From an uncultured Candidatus Saccharibacteria bacterium (GTDB lineage: Bacteria > Patescibacteriota > Saccharimonadia > Saccharimonadales > CAZYVW01): DNA of 34,958 nucleotides. The notes below the pieces were generated by a model that made no database searches, was not told where the DNA came from, and was given only the letters and a program-made list of their open reading frames with translations. The stretch is from NCBI GenBank assembly GCA_964651645.1, contig CAZYVW010000001.1, forward strand, positions 1 to 34,958. Direction: 5' to 3'. This document shows, in pieces, positions 8,353 to 18,011 of this stretch. Numbering within the stretch: the stretch's first letter is position 1; every line of letters starts with the position of its first letter. The translations under genes and the position numbers were made by a program.

Positions 8353-9357
8353 ATGAAAATACTTGTTACTGGCGGCGCTGGATTTATTGGCTCTAATTTT
8401 GTTCATTATTTGCGCCAGCATTATCCTGACTACAAAATTGTCGTGGTTGATAAACTAAACCAGCAAGGCAATATTGAAAACCTGGCAAGCGTCCGCAGTG
8501 ATATTGAATTCCACGAGTTTGACCTAATAGAAGAACCCAAGCTAAAACCGATTTTTGAGGAGGGAGTGGATTATGTAGTTCACTTTGCGGCCGAGACTAA
8601 TGTTGATAGATCAATTGAAGACCCTGATAACTTTGTTAGCAGCAACGTGCTTGCGACCAACATTTTATTAAGGCTCAGCCGCGACTTTAAAGTTGAACGC
8701 TTCCATCACGTCTCAACCGACGAAGTCTTTGGCAGCCTAGAGTTGGACGACGACAGCAAATTTAACGAATCGACTCCGTACGACCCGCGCAGCCCCTACT
8801 CTGCCACCAAGGCCGCCAGCGACCACCTTGTGCGGTCTTATTTCCATACTTATGGTTTGGATGTCACCATTAGTAACTGTTCCAACAACTACGGCCCCTA
8901 CCAAGTCCCGGAAAATATTGTGCCCGTTTTTACACTGATGGCACTGCACGACAAGCCGCTGACTATCTACGGCGACGGCAAGAGCGTTAGGGATTATCTT
9001 TTTGTATTAGACCATTGCCGGGCGATTGATTTGATTCTTCATAAAGGCAAAGCCGGCGAGACTTATTGTATTGGCGGCGGCCAGGAAGAAAACGGCGTCC
9101 AAATTGCCAACGCTGTACTGAAAATTCTTGGCAAGCCAGAAAGCCTTAAAAAATTTGTGACCGACAGACCTGGCCACGACCGGCGCTACGCCATTGATTA
9201 CACTAAGCTAAAAACCGAACTTGGCTATGAGCCTAGTGTGACATTTGAAGAAGGTCTAAGGCAGACGATCAAATGGTATCAAGACAATGAAGCCTGGTGG
9301 CAGCCCTACATGGAAAAGTTTTATGTACCTAAATTTATGAAAAAGGATGTCTCCTAA
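8353..9357 (+). CDS. rfbB: dTDP-glucose 4,6-dehydratase
   Basis: MKILVTGGAGFIGSNFV, the STDEVFG motif, YSATKAASDHLVRSY (YxxxK) and DRPGHDRRYAID together match the RmlB pattern. Confidence 0.9.
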   Translation: MKILVTGGAGFIGSNFVHYLRQHYPDYKIVVVDKLNQQGNIENLASVRSDIEFHEFDLIEEPKLKPIFEEGVDYVVHFAAETNVDRSIEDPDNFVSSNVLATNILLRLSRDFKVERFHHVSTDEVFGSLELDDDSKFNESTPYDPRSPYSATKAASDHLVRSYFHTYGLDVTISNCSNNYGPYQVPENIVPVFTLMALHDKPLTIYGDGKSVRDYLFVLDHCRAIDLILHKGKAGETYCIGGGQEENGVQIANAVLKILGKPESLKKFVTDRPGHDRRYAIDYTKLKTELGYEPSVTFEEGLRQTIKWYQDNEAWWQPYMEKFYVPKFMKKDVS

Positions 9358-9908
9358 TGTCAGCAGATTTAGCGGTCCGGGAAACAGCCATTCCAGGGTT
9401 TTATGAAATTGACCTAGTTCTACATGGAGACAACCGCGGCTGGTTTAAAGAAAACTACCAGCGCGAGAAAATGGAAGCCTTGGGATTGCCACATTTTGAG
9501 GTAGTTCAAAACAACTTCTCTTTCAATGCTGAAGTTGGGGTTACGCGCGGCTTACACGCCGAACCCTGGGAGAAATATATTTCCGTCGCTAACGGCAAAA
9601 TCTTTGGAGCTTGGGTAGACCTTAGAGCTGGCGAAAGTTTTGGCAAAGTCTTAACTCTGGAAATTACGCCAGAGAAGGCCGTATTTGTGCCCCGCGGCGT
9701 AGCTAACGCCTACCAAACACTGGAGCCAAATGTTACTTATACTTACTTGGTTAATGAGCATTGGTCGCCAGATGCCAAATACACTTTTGTTAATTTATTT
9801 GACCCGGCGCTTGGTATTAATTGGCCGATTGGCAAAGACAAAGCTATTGTTTCTGAGAAGGATGCCGCCCACCCACTGCTAAAAGACGTTAAAGCGATGG
9901 AGTTATAA
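9357..9908 (+). CDS. rfbC: dTDP-4-dehydrorhamnose 3,5-epimerase
   Basis: 183 aa cupin with RmlC-like motifs (HGDNRGWFKENY, TRGLHAEPWEKY, VPRGVANAYQTL). It overlaps the rfbB stop by 1 nt (TAATG). Confidence 0.9.
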   Translation: MSADLAVRETAIPGFYEIDLVLHGDNRGWFKENYQREKMEALGLPHFEVVQNNFSFNAEVGVTRGLHAEPWEKYISVANGKIFGAWVDLRAGESFGKVLTLEITPEKAVFVPRGVANAYQTLEPNVTYTYLVNEHWSPDAKYTFVNLFDPALGINWPIGKDKAIVSEKDAAHPLLKDVKAMEL

Positions 9909-10763
9909 ATGACAGACAGCGAGATATTGATTGTTGGAGCCAATGGGCAGCTAGGCAAAGCGCTGCAAGCCAAATACCCGGGCGCCAGAGCTGTAGATAT
10001 TGATGAGCTGAACATCAGCGACGCAGCCAGTGTAGAAAACTATGACTGGAATGGGATAAAAGTAATCTTGAATGCCGCAGCATATACCAATGTTGATGGT
10101 GCCGAGTCAGCCGAGGGCCAACTTGCCGCCAAACAAGCCAACGCGGTTGCGCCTAAGAATTTAGCTGACGCCTGCGTTAAGCACGACGTGACAATTGTTC
10201 ATATTTCTACCGATTACGTTTTTGATGGCAGTAAAGTTCCCCACACCGAGGATGAGCCGTTCAGTCCTTTGAGCATTTATGGCTCAACAAAAGCTGACGG
10301 CGACAAGGCAATTGCTACAGCTCCAAAACACTACATCCTGCGTACGTCTTGGGTGATTGGCGACGGCAAAAACTTTGTCCGTACCATGTTAGAGCTAGGG
10401 CAAAAAGGCATTAACCCTACTGTGGTTGGTGACCAAATTGGCCGGCTGACTTTCACAAGCGTATTAGTAGAAGCCATTGATCATTTGCTTTCAAGCAATG
10501 CGGCCTATGGAACTTATAATGTCAGTAACGATGGTGAGCCCGCTTCTTGGGCAGATATTACGCGGGAGATTTTTAAGGATGCCGGATTGCCTAACACCGT
10601 TACAGACACGACAACCGCGGAATATTTTAAGGACAAGCCTGAGGCCGCACCAAGGCCATTACAAAGTAGCTTAGATTTAAGTAAAATTAAAGCGGCAGGT
10701 TTTGTGCCACGTGATTGGCGCGAGGATTTAAAGGATTACATCCAGAAGGAACTGAATTCATGA
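9909..10763 (+). CDS. rfbD: dTDP-4-dehydrorhamnose reductase
   Basis: [38 protein letters not shown] and YGSTKADGD match the RmlD pattern. The ATG directly follows the rfbC stop. Confidence 0.85.
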   Translation: MTDSEILIVGANGQLGKALQAKYPGARAVDIDELNISDAASVENYDWNGIKVILNAAAYTNVDGAESAEGQLAAKQANAVAPKNLADACVKHDVTIVHISTDYVFDGSKVPHTEDEPFSPLSIYGSTKADGDKAIATAPKHYILRTSWVIGDGKNFVRTMLELGQKGINPTVVGDQIGRLTFTSVLVEAIDHLLSSNAAYGTYNVSNDGEPASWADITREIFKDAGLPNTVTDTTTAEYFKDKPEAAPRPLQSSLDLSKIKAAGFVPRDWREDLKDYIQKELNS

Positions 10764-11626
10764 AAGGTATTATCTTAGCCGGCGGCGCCGGAACACGACT
10801 GTACCCGATTACTAAGGGTATTTCCAAACAGCTGATCCCAATTTACGACAAGCCAATGATTTACTACCCGCTGTCTACATTGATGTTGGCTGGCATTAAA
10901 GACATTCTGATCATCACCACTCCACATGAACAAGTTCAATTCCAAAACTTGCTCGGCGACGGCAAAGACTGGGGCATTAACTTGCAGTACGCCGTCCAGC
11001 CCAGCCCAGACGGACTGGCGCAGGCTTTTATTATTGGCGAGGAATTCATAGGCCAGGACAAAGTTGCCTTGATTTTAGGCGACAATATTTTCTATGGTCC
11101 GGGCTTTGGTAATAGCTTGCGTGAGTGTACTGACCCAGACGGTGGCATGGTCTTTGCCTACCGCGTAGCCGACCCAGCACGCTATGGCGTCGTGGAATTT
11201 GACGCCAACCAAAAGGCTATATCAATTGAAGAAAAGCCAGAGGTGCCAAAATCCAATTACGCAGTTGTTGGCCTATACTTCTACGACAATGATGTAGTTG
11301 AGATTGCCAAGAACATTAAACCGAGCGACCGTGGTGAGCTGGAAATCACTGCCGTTAACGACGAATATTTGAAACGAGGCAAGCTCAAGGCCCAGATTAT
11401 GGCGCGCGGTACGGCTTGGCTGGACACTGGTACTTTTGAATCTATGAATGATGCTTCGGAATACATCCGGGTGGTAGAAAAACGCACCGGCTTTAAGATT
11501 GGCTGCCCGGAAGAAATTGCTTTCCGCCAAGACTTTATTACAACTGAGCAGTTGACCAAGTTAGCCGAACCGCTGCAAAAAAGTGGCTATGGCCAGTACC
11601 TTCTGAACCTACTTCAAACAGAATGA
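10760..11626 (+). CDS. rfbA: glucose-1-phosphate thymidylyltransferase
   Basis: [39 protein letters not shown] is the canonical RmlA N-terminus. ATG 10760 overlaps the rfbD stop (ATGA). The longer track ORF from 10715 would overlap rfbD by 49 nt and adds non-homologous residues. Confidence 0.9.
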   Translation: MKGIILAGGAGTRLYPITKGISKQLIPIYDKPMIYYPLSTLMLAGIKDILIITTPHEQVQFQNLLGDGKDWGINLQYAVQPSPDGLAQAFIIGEEFIGQDKVALILGDNIFYGPGFGNSLRECTDPDGGMVFAYRVADPARYGVVEFDANQKAISIEEKPEVPKSNYAVVGLYFYDNDVVEIAKNIKPSDRGELEITAVNDEYLKRGKLKAQIMARGTAWLDTGTFESMNDASEYIRVVEKRTGFKIGCPEEIAFRQDFITTEQLTKLAEPLQKSGYGQYLLNLLQTE

Positions 11627-13707
11627 AACTCCCTCTCCCCACAATAAATTTGGGCCGCCGGGGCTGGTGGCTTATTGGTGTCTTGTGGGCAGTAATAATT
11701 GCGCTGTTTGCCCACAACTATTTTGTTAAAAAGCCGACCACCACGGCGCCGAAAAATCCACCGGCTCCACAAAGCTTGGTAAGTTTCCCAAATGACCAAG
11801 CTAAACAGGATTTTCTTAAATCTAATAACCTTAATGAGTCTGATTTAAAACCGTCATCAGACCAAAACAACACCTATGTAGTCCCGGTGCCCAATAATGA
11901 GCTAAAGTCTGCTGACGGTACAAGCGTTGCGCCGCGGCGTGAGTATAAGGCCATGCTGACGCCCAATGATCCAACTTATCCGCAGTGGTATACCAATACT
12001 ATTGCTGCTCCCACTGCTTGGGATATCAGCACTGGTTCCAGTTCCGTAACAATTGCCATAATTGATACTGGCTTTGCCCTAAGCCACGAGGATTTGTCCG
12101 GGCGCTGGGCAATAAACAGCGGCGAGTCTGGCTCCGGCAAAGAAACCAACGGTATTGATGATGATGGCAATGGCAAGATTGATGACTGGCGGGGCTGGGA
12201 TTTTGCTCAAGGCGACAACAATCCGATTGCCGGCAGCACCAGCTCCTCTGGCTCGAGTGTCAACCACGGTTCCATAACTTCTGGCTTGCTTGGCGCCACC
12301 GGCAATAATTCAAAAGGTGTGGCTTCCGTCAATTGGGGCTCTAAGATATTGCCCCTTCAAGCCTTAAGCGACAACGGCAGCGGCTTTACAGAAGACGTTA
12401 CGGCAGCTGTTAACTATGCCGTGGCCCAAGGCGCCAAAGTAATCAGCATGAGCCTAGGCAGTCCCGACCCCGACCCTACTTTAGAAACAGCCATTAATAA
12501 TGCCGTTGCCGCCGGAGTGACAGTCGTAGCCGCCGCCGGCAACTGCGGCAATCCAGGCAGTTGTGATACTACCGGTCAAATGGTTTACCCTGGCAAATAT
12601 TCCAACGTCATAGCCGTTGGAGCCACCGATCAAAGTGACAATCGGGCCAGTTTTAGTAGCTACGGGTCAGAGCTAGATATTATGGCGCCGGGCAGCGGCA
12701 CTATTACCAGTACTAGTTGGTCGCAAGCTAACCAAACGGCACTTTACGGCTCGGCCAGCGGCACGTCTATTTCTACGCCAATAGTAGCCGGCAGCGCTGC
12801 TTTACTAAAAGGCGTTTTGGCCGACTTAACACCGTCAGAGATAAACACCGCTCTTACAGTTTCGGCCGACAAAGTGGCCGGCATGGGCACAAGCACCCGG
12901 ACTGACCAATACGGCTATGGCCGGCTGAATTCTTGGGGAGCCTTAAAATATTTGAGTACACCACACCCGGACGGCATCTTAATTTATAACTCCAACCATA
13001 CCGGAGTGTTGCGAGTGGAAGGCGGCAAAAGCCGGGCTATCGTGTCTGGCTCAGTCTTTAGCAACCAAGGTTTTGACTGGTCAAAAATTAAAGAACCGGA
13101 TGTAGCTGATGTTCGTTTAACTGCCGACACGGCACTTAGTAACTTCCGTGAAGGTTCGTTGCTAGAATCCCAAGGCGGTATTTACGCGGTTGATATTACC
13201 GCGCTTGGTGCGGCTGAAAAACGACCATTCTATTCCTGGGATGCCTTTGTTGGTTTGGGCTATAGTTTGGATGAAGTAATCAAAGTGTTGCCTAGCGAAC
13301 TGCCCTCAGCCGACGGCACACCAATCACTACAGCTAATCTACATCCGGACGGCACGCTGATATACAACCCCTCGCACACGGGCATACAAATAATTGATAA
13401 TGGGCAGTTAAGAAATATTCCCTCTGGCAATGTTTTTGGAAGTTACAGCTTTAGCTGGAGTAGAATAAAAAATCCGACAACTCCGGATTCTGTACTGCCG
13501 GCAATTTCTAATTTGCCTTTCCGCGAAGGTACTTTGCTTTTAGCGAACGGCGGGATTTATGTTATTGACGATAATGGCGGCACTTCTGAAAAACGGGCCA
13601 TCGGCTCGTGGAACACATTTGTTGGGCTAGGCTACAACCTGAATGAAGTTCTACCGGTCTCAGTTTCTGAACTCCCGAGCAGCAGCGGCACAATCATCAA
13701 CTACTAG
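11623..13707 (+). CDS. membrane-anchored S8 (subtilisin-like) serine peptidase with a repeated C-terminal domain
   Basis: There is an N-terminal TM span ([16 protein letters not shown]). Catalytic triad contexts are present: AIIDTGF (D148), NHGSITSG (H215), [11 protein letters not shown] (S382), with AAAGN as the oxyanion Asn. [17 protein letters not shown] insert is present. The ATG overlaps the rfbA stop (ATGA). Confidence 0.85.
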   Translation: MKLPLPTINLGRRGWWLIGVLWAVIIALFAHNYFVKKPTTTAPKNPPAPQSLVSFPNDQAKQDFLKSNNLNESDLKPSSDQNNTYVVPVPNNELKSADGTSVAPRREYKAMLTPNDPTYPQWYTNTIAAPTAWDISTGSSSVTIAIIDTGFALSHEDLSGRWAINSGESGSGKETNGIDDDGNGKIDDWRGWDFAQGDNNPIAGSTSSSGSSVNHGSITSGLLGATGNNSKGVASVNWGSKILPLQALSDNGSGFTEDVTAAVNYAVAQGAKVISMSLGSPDPDPTLETAINNAVAAGVTVVAAAGNCGNPGSCDTTGQMVYPGKYSNVIAVGATDQSDNRASFSSYGSELDIMAPGSGTITSTSWSQANQTALYGSASGTSISTPIVAGSAALLKGVLADLTPSEINTALTVSADKVAGMGTSTRTDQYGYGRLNSWGALKYLSTPHPDGILIYNSNHTGVLRVEGGKSRAIVSGSVFSNQGFDWSKIKEPDVADVRLTADTALSNFREGSLLESQGGIYAVDITALGAAEKRPFYSWDAFVGLGYSLDEVIKVLPSELPSADGTPITTANLHPDGTLIYNPSHTGIQIIDNGQLRNIPSGNVFGSYSFSWSRIKNPTTPDSVLPAISNLPFREGTLLLANGGIYVIDDNGGTSEKRAIGSWNTFVGLGYNLNEVLPVSVSELPSSSGTIINY
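12964..13704 (+). repeat. protein-level internal duplication in the S8 peptidase C-terminus
   Basis: Two units begin with HPDG(I/T)LIYN at codons 448 and 574, spanning 12964-13341 and 13342-13704. Each unit contains two copies of a roughly 60-aa module (G.L...GG.IY.I..G.KR.I.S...F...G(Y/F)..(W/L)..(I/V)). Identity is seen mainly at the amino-acid level. Confidence 0.7.
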
Positions 13708-13715
13708 CCAAAAAA

Positions 13716-14531
13716 TCAGGAATAGACTTTTTGAGCAAAGCGCACAGCTTTCTCTACCCTAGCAACATTTTCCCCTGCTGCCGCGGGTTTCATTTCAATA
13801 GAGACATAGCCGGTATACCCAATATCCTTCAAGGCCAGAGCCGCTTCTTTGTGGTGAACATCTGCCCTGTCCTCAACTTGTTCTAAAAATGGCGAGCTGA
13901 TATGAAAATGTTTCAGTATGTCTTTGGCTGACTCAATGGAAGACTTCACATCATCTTTGGCCAGTGTCATTCCGGCAATATCCAGATGCAGCCCAAAACC
14001 ATCGTTGCCTACAGCTTTTACAAAATCTATACCTTGGCTAGCATTGGTCACAAAATCGCAGGCATAGTCCGTCGGGTTAGGCTCAATGCAAAAACAAACG
14101 TCATTCTCCTTGGCTGTATTGCCTAGCTCATCAAAAAAGTCTTTAGCAATTTTAGTAGCTGATTCATTGTCAAGTTCACCTCTTTGGCGATTTTTGGGTG
14201 AGCCAAATACCATACGCCTAGCCTTCATTTTGCCAGCCAAGCGGATAAAGTCCTGAAGGTAATTTAGTGTCTGTTTACGATTTGCTTCGCTTTCAAATAT
14301 TTTTAAATCTGGATGACTAAAAAGCATTGATTGGAAAGCGACAATTTCTATATCGTACTTCCTCCAAAATTTCATGTAATCATTGATTGCCTGATCATGC
14401 GCAACGGTTGGATCTTCCCATAGTTTTGTTGGAGCAATTTCCACATATTTTACGCCAAGGCTAAGCAACAAAGCTGCGACTTCAGGCTCTTCCTCATTTG
14501 TCCAAGCAATGCTTGATACTGCTAACTTCAT
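13716..14531 (-). CDS. sugar phosphate isomerase/epimerase (xylose-isomerase-like TIM barrel) family protein
   Basis: 271 aa. The pattern of beta-strand-end acidic and His residues (YVEIAP, RMVFGSP, CIEPNP, GLHLDIAG, HFHISS, YVSIEM) is typical of the AP_endonuc_2/TIM-barrel family. The start overlaps the upstream stop by 1 nt. Confidence 0.6.
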   Translation of the reverse strand: MKLAVSSIAWTNEEEPEVAALLLSLGVKYVEIAPTKLWEDPTVAHDQAINDYMKFWRKYDIEIVAFQSMLFSHPDLKIFESEANRKQTLNYLQDFIRLAGKMKARRMVFGSPKNRQRGELDNESATKIAKDFFDELGNTAKENDVCFCIEPNPTDYACDFVTNASQGIDFVKAVGNDGFGLHLDIAGMTLAKDDVKSSIESAKDILKHFHISSPFLEQVEDRADVHHKEAALALKDIGYTGYVSIEMKPAAAGENVARVEKAVRFAQKVYS

Positions 14532-15307
14532 TATTCTTTAGCCTCACGAGCCTGGTCAACAAACTGTTTAATATCACTTACCGCTGCTTCTTTGTCGTAA
14601 ATGTAGTTGCCCCCATTCCCAAATAATTTGGCGTGTTTAGTGTGCATGTCCCAAAAAGCTGGAGTTATGTCTTTTGGTGCTTGTTTAAATTCCTTCATAC
14701 CAAAACATTTAGTAGCAACTTCTTCACTTGTTACTGGCTCAGTCGCAAAGTTGACTAGTTCAAGATTGTTTTTAAGGGCTGTTTGGATATCGCGCCAGAT
14801 ATTTGCCAGATTGTAGTATTGATATGTGCCTTTGGCGTGAATTTTCTCAACCATATTGTTGTTAAGTAGGTCATAAATAACATTCTTCTTAATTCCCTTG
14901 CCAAACAGCCCGGGCAAACGAACAATCAGAGCGTCAAAGTTTTGATTAACAAATTGTTCCAAATGATAGCGGTTTACTCCATACGGCGTCAGACCTTCAG
15001 TTTCAATGGGTGTATCTTCATTGGCATCATTCGGGTTTTTGTATACCCCCACTGTAGATATCAGGACAAACTTTTTGGCTTTTACTTTTTTCAGGTGGCC
15101 TATCAGGGCGTCAATCTGTGCTAAATCGCCTTCCGGGTCTTGGTTTATGCGCCACATTTCGGCATAAGTAGCCGCGCTGACAACCAAGTCATACTCTTTG
15201 CCGTCAATATCATCAATATTGCTGGTGTTATATAAATCGTCAAACTTATACTGTTCGGCAAGGTTGCCGCCAACAAAACCGGTATAACCAATAAGCGCCG
15301 TTTTCAT
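14531..15307 (-). CDS. NAD(P)-binding Rossmann-fold protein (atypical SDR / RmlD-substrate-binding-like)
   Basis: It has an N-terminal glycine-rich loop (MKTALIGYTGFVGGNL) and ISTVGVY. At the expected YxxxK position the sequence reads PYGVNRYHLE, so no canonical Lys is evident. Confidence 0.55.
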   Translation of the reverse strand: MKTALIGYTGFVGGNLAEQYKFDDLYNTSNIDDIDGKEYDLVVSAATYAEMWRINQDPEGDLAQIDALIGHLKKVKAKKFVLISTVGVYKNPNDANEDTPIETEGLTPYGVNRYHLEQFVNQNFDALIVRLPGLFGKGIKKNVIYDLLNNNMVEKIHAKGTYQYYNLANIWRDIQTALKNNLELVNFATEPVTSEEVATKCFGMKEFKQAPKDITPAFWDMHTKHAKLFGNGGNYIYDKEAAVSDIKQFVDQAREAKE

Positions 15308-15318
15308 TATGGTAGCTA

Positions 15319-16074
15319 TTATAGGCTAGTTGATTGATATCCAGCTAGCTTAAGCAAAGGTTCCATTTGCATGAAAAACTGCTGGAAACGCTTGGCTTCG
15401 AAGGCTGGATTAGCTTCTTCCTCAGTGCGCATCGCCGGTGGATAAATTAGATCAACTTGTATACCGCCGATTGGCAATCCGGCCTCGCGTGCGGCTAAAA
15501 TAGGCAGATGCAAGAACAGCCAGTTGTTGTTACCGTCTTCTTCAACATCATAATTTAATAAGTACTGAGCCCCTCTTTCAGTATAGGCACGTCCTCCGGA
15601 AAGAGCGTCAGCTGGAAAATCAAGAAATTTTTGCATCAGCCAGCCTGCCAACTGTTCAGTTTTAGCCATCGTCGACGGCAAAGATCCAATTGCTCCTTCA
15701 GTCCGTCCTATAACTACAGCATCGTTAGTTTTAAGGGCTTCGATAATTGGCTCCGCGAAAGTAACCATCCCAATTTTCTCCGGTTCGTGGCAAACAACTC
15801 TAGCAGCACCGTTTTGAATTGCAAATTTCGTGCCATCAATATACTGAGTCGCCCGTCCAGGTCGTGGTGCTTTTAGAACTACGGCACCTCGTTCTTGCAA
15901 GGCATCAGTGACTTCAGGCAATGGAGATGCATCGACAATCACCAGTGGGATATGTCTTTCTTGATAAGCTTCAGCTGTTTGAAGAGTAGCCTTGTAACGG
16001 ACCGACTCAAGATCATCATAAAGACTAGAAGCAATGCCCACTAAACCCGTGTTTTCGAAGTCATACTCGACCAT
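15319..16074 (-). CDS. hypothetical protein (possibly a GT-A-like or nucleotide-binding alpha/beta fold)
   Basis: 251 aa, soluble-looking, first gene of a three-gene minus-strand unit. AAGGA lies 8 nt upstream of the ATG. Alternating beta/alpha character (PLVIVDASP, AARVVCHEPEK, DAVVIGR) is visible, but no family motif that I can name. Confidence 0.5.
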   Translation of the reverse strand: MVEYDFENTGLVGIASSLYDDLESVRYKATLQTAEAYQERHIPLVIVDASPLPEVTDALQERGAVVLKAPRPGRATQYIDGTKFAIQNGAARVVCHEPEKIGMVTFAEPIIEALKTNDAVVIGRTEGAIGSLPSTMAKTEQLAGWLMQKFLDFPADALSGGRAYTERGAQYLLNYDVEEDGNNNWLFLHLPILAAREAGLPIGGIQVDLIYPPAMRTEEEANPAFEAKRFQQFFMQMEPLLKLAGYQSTSL

Positions 16075-16164
16075 GGTGCAGTTCCTTTAAGATGTAAATA
16101 ATACCATATTTTACTGATAAAAACAATGTCTTGAGGCAGGGTGGCCAAAGTTACAGCCAAATCG

Positions 16165-16173
16165 TGATATTCT
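16165..16173 (+). promoter_or_regulatory. extended -10-like TGATATTCT, 7 nt upstream of ATG 16181
   Basis: The plus strand reads TGaTATTCT-tacatta-ATG. No SD is present. Confidence 0.35.
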
Positions 16174-16180
16174 TACATTA

Positions 16181-18010
16181 ATGAAAGAGAAGTTTAGCGG
16201 TGCCATCTTATCAGGGTATTTTTTTGAGGCTACTTTAGCATTCTTTTCACTTATGATTGGCTATATCGGATCAACTGTGGCAGTTCATCTGCCAGGGGGC
16301 GCGCCTGCAGGAATATCCAACCTATACCTGTCGAACGGCTACAATCCTGAGGAGAATTACCTTAGAATCATTCTTTTGGTAGTTTTTGGGCTGGCGGCTT
16401 ACCTGGGCTTAAAAAAACTCTCAGCCAATGACCGAGTTTTTAGATTAACCGTGATTGTGCTATTAGTTTTTGGCCTGTTTGCTGGATTTCTATTGCCAAA
16501 AGTTGAGAGTTTTAAGAGCAATATAGATACCTTCCACCACGGCGAACAGTTATCCCCGGCACTTGATTTTGGCAAGGGCAAGGGGTTATATACCGACATA
16601 TTTATGCAACACGGCGCGGGTGAAGATGTGGTGCTTCCTCACCTGGCACTCCATTTGCCCGGTACAAATCCTAATGGCGGAATTGGTTCGTTTTTCTTTG
16701 TTATTACAACTTTAGAAGTGGTCAGTGCGTTTCTGTTTTTTTTCCTAATATCTAAGCTTTCTAAGTCAACGCTTGTTTTCTTGGTAACTTCCCTGTGGTT
16801 TCTGCTTTCCTATTATTCAGTCTTCTATTACGTGAGAGATATTTTTGTCTGGGGAACAATTCTATTAATTGCTAGTTTATTACTTCATAAGCACAAGGCC
16901 AAAACTACACGTAATTTATTATTGCTGATTGGCTTTTTGTCTTCGGCGACCTATTTTTACAGTATCGACAGAGCCTTTGTTGCAACGCTTGCCGCCGTAC
17001 TGACCGCTGGCGCCTTAGTTTTGTTCCAGCCGGTAGCTAACGGTCTGCGTTTTGATTGGCGTATTAGTCTAAAGAGATTTCTGCCCGCAGTTTACGTAGC
17101 CAGCGGGGCTCTGCTAGCACAAATCTTTGGCCTAGTTTTGCTAGGTGGTACTCAATACATTGAATTTTTAAAACTTAGCTTTATTACAATCCCAAAGTAC
17201 GAAGGCTACTTATTTGGCCAGCCTTTGAAGCCTCTTGGGCTCAGTACCTATGTTGTCTGGCTACCGCTTTTCATTGCTGCCCTGGGTGCAATTATGTTGT
17301 TTGTTTTAGCTAAACATCAATACACAAAATACAAAGCCCTAAACCCAAGTGTTCTGCTTGGTGCAATTATATATATCGCCGCATTGCTCTTTTTGCGAGT
17401 TGGTTATGGCCGGCCCGATCTTGACCATGTTGCCTATTCCACGCCCCTCTTGTTTTTGTCTGCTTTTTACTTGTCAGCTGTGGCCTACCAGGAATTTCGT
17501 GAAACTAATCTTCAGCTGCTCTGGCCTGTGGTTTTGTTGGTCGTATTGTTATTTTATCCAGTTCAGACTATTTCGTCTGAAAGAGCTCTGGCACTTGCCA
17601 ATACTAACGCCAATTCTATTAGTAAGTATCTGCAGCTTCCGGGCACTACAGATCGCAGCTGGCTGCCCGGGGATGTAATTCAAACGTCAGATTACATACG
17701 CCAAAATACTAAAGCTGATGACCCGATTTTTGTCTTCACCCAGCAGCCAATTTACTACTACACCAGCGGCCGCCAAAACTCTTCAAAATTTTACATCCCC
17801 TGGTTTGCCGACCCACCCGCGCTGACATCACAACTACTAAACGATTTAAAAACCCGGCCGCCAAAAATTATAGTCTACTTTGTTGGTAACCCGTGGGATA
17901 AGTCTGATGGCTACTTGATGTCTGATAGAGCCCCAGAAGTTGATTCGTGGATTAAGCTCAACTACACCAAGCAAGTTAACGTTGGCAGCGCAGTTTTGCT
18001 AGAAAAATAA
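16181..18010 (+). CDS. large polytopic membrane protein, candidate GT-C-type glycosyltransferase
   Basis: 609 aa with at least 12 hydrophobic spans, followed by a roughly 130-aa hydrophilic C-terminal domain (DPIFVFTQQPIYYYTSGRQNSSKFYIPWF...). An acidic/His-rich early loop is present (DTFHHGEQ...HGAGED). No named family recognised. Confidence 0.55.
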   Translation: MKEKFSGAILSGYFFEATLAFFSLMIGYIGSTVAVHLPGGAPAGISNLYLSNGYNPEENYLRIILLVVFGLAAYLGLKKLSANDRVFRLTVIVLLVFGLFAGFLLPKVESFKSNIDTFHHGEQLSPALDFGKGKGLYTDIFMQHGAGEDVVLPHLALHLPGTNPNGGIGSFFFVITTLEVVSAFLFFFLISKLSKSTLVFLVTSLWFLLSYYSVFYYVRDIFVWGTILLIASLLLHKHKAKTTRNLLLLIGFLSSATYFYSIDRAFVATLAAVLTAGALVLFQPVANGLRFDWRISLKRFLPAVYVASGALLAQIFGLVLLGGTQYIEFLKLSFITIPKYEGYLFGQPLKPLGLSTYVVWLPLFIAALGAIMLFVLAKHQYTKYKALNPSVLLGAIIYIAALLFLRVGYGRPDLDHVAYSTPLLFLSAFYLSAVAYQEFRETNLQLLWPVVLLVVLLFYPVQTISSERALALANTNANSISKYLQLPGTTDRSWLPGDVIQTSDYIRQNTKADDPIFVFTQQPIYYYTSGRQNSSKFYIPWFADPPALTSQLLNDLKTRPPKIIVYFVGNPWDKSDGYLMSDRAPEVDSWIKLNYTKQVNVGSAVLLEK

Positions 18011-18011
18011 A

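Noticed and set aside
10715-10759. Longer rfbA start at 10715 ([15 protein letters not shown]...)
   Set aside because: It would overlap rfbD by 49 nt, and the extra residues are the out-of-frame reading of the rfbD C-terminus. The canonical RmlA N-terminus MKGIILAGG begins at 10760 with an ATGA overlap.
2814-11799. Numerous 60-109 aa ORFs nested in or antisense to larger genes, for example 2814-3026, 3614-3910, 4136-4399, 5195-5562, 6103-6372, 7238-7555, 8737-8949, 9743-10015, 11273-11559 and 11614-11799
   Set aside because: All lie entirely within, or largely overlap, longer ORFs that have clear family signatures. Their translations are low-complexity or Arg/Ser/Cys-rich with no recognisable motifs or start signals.
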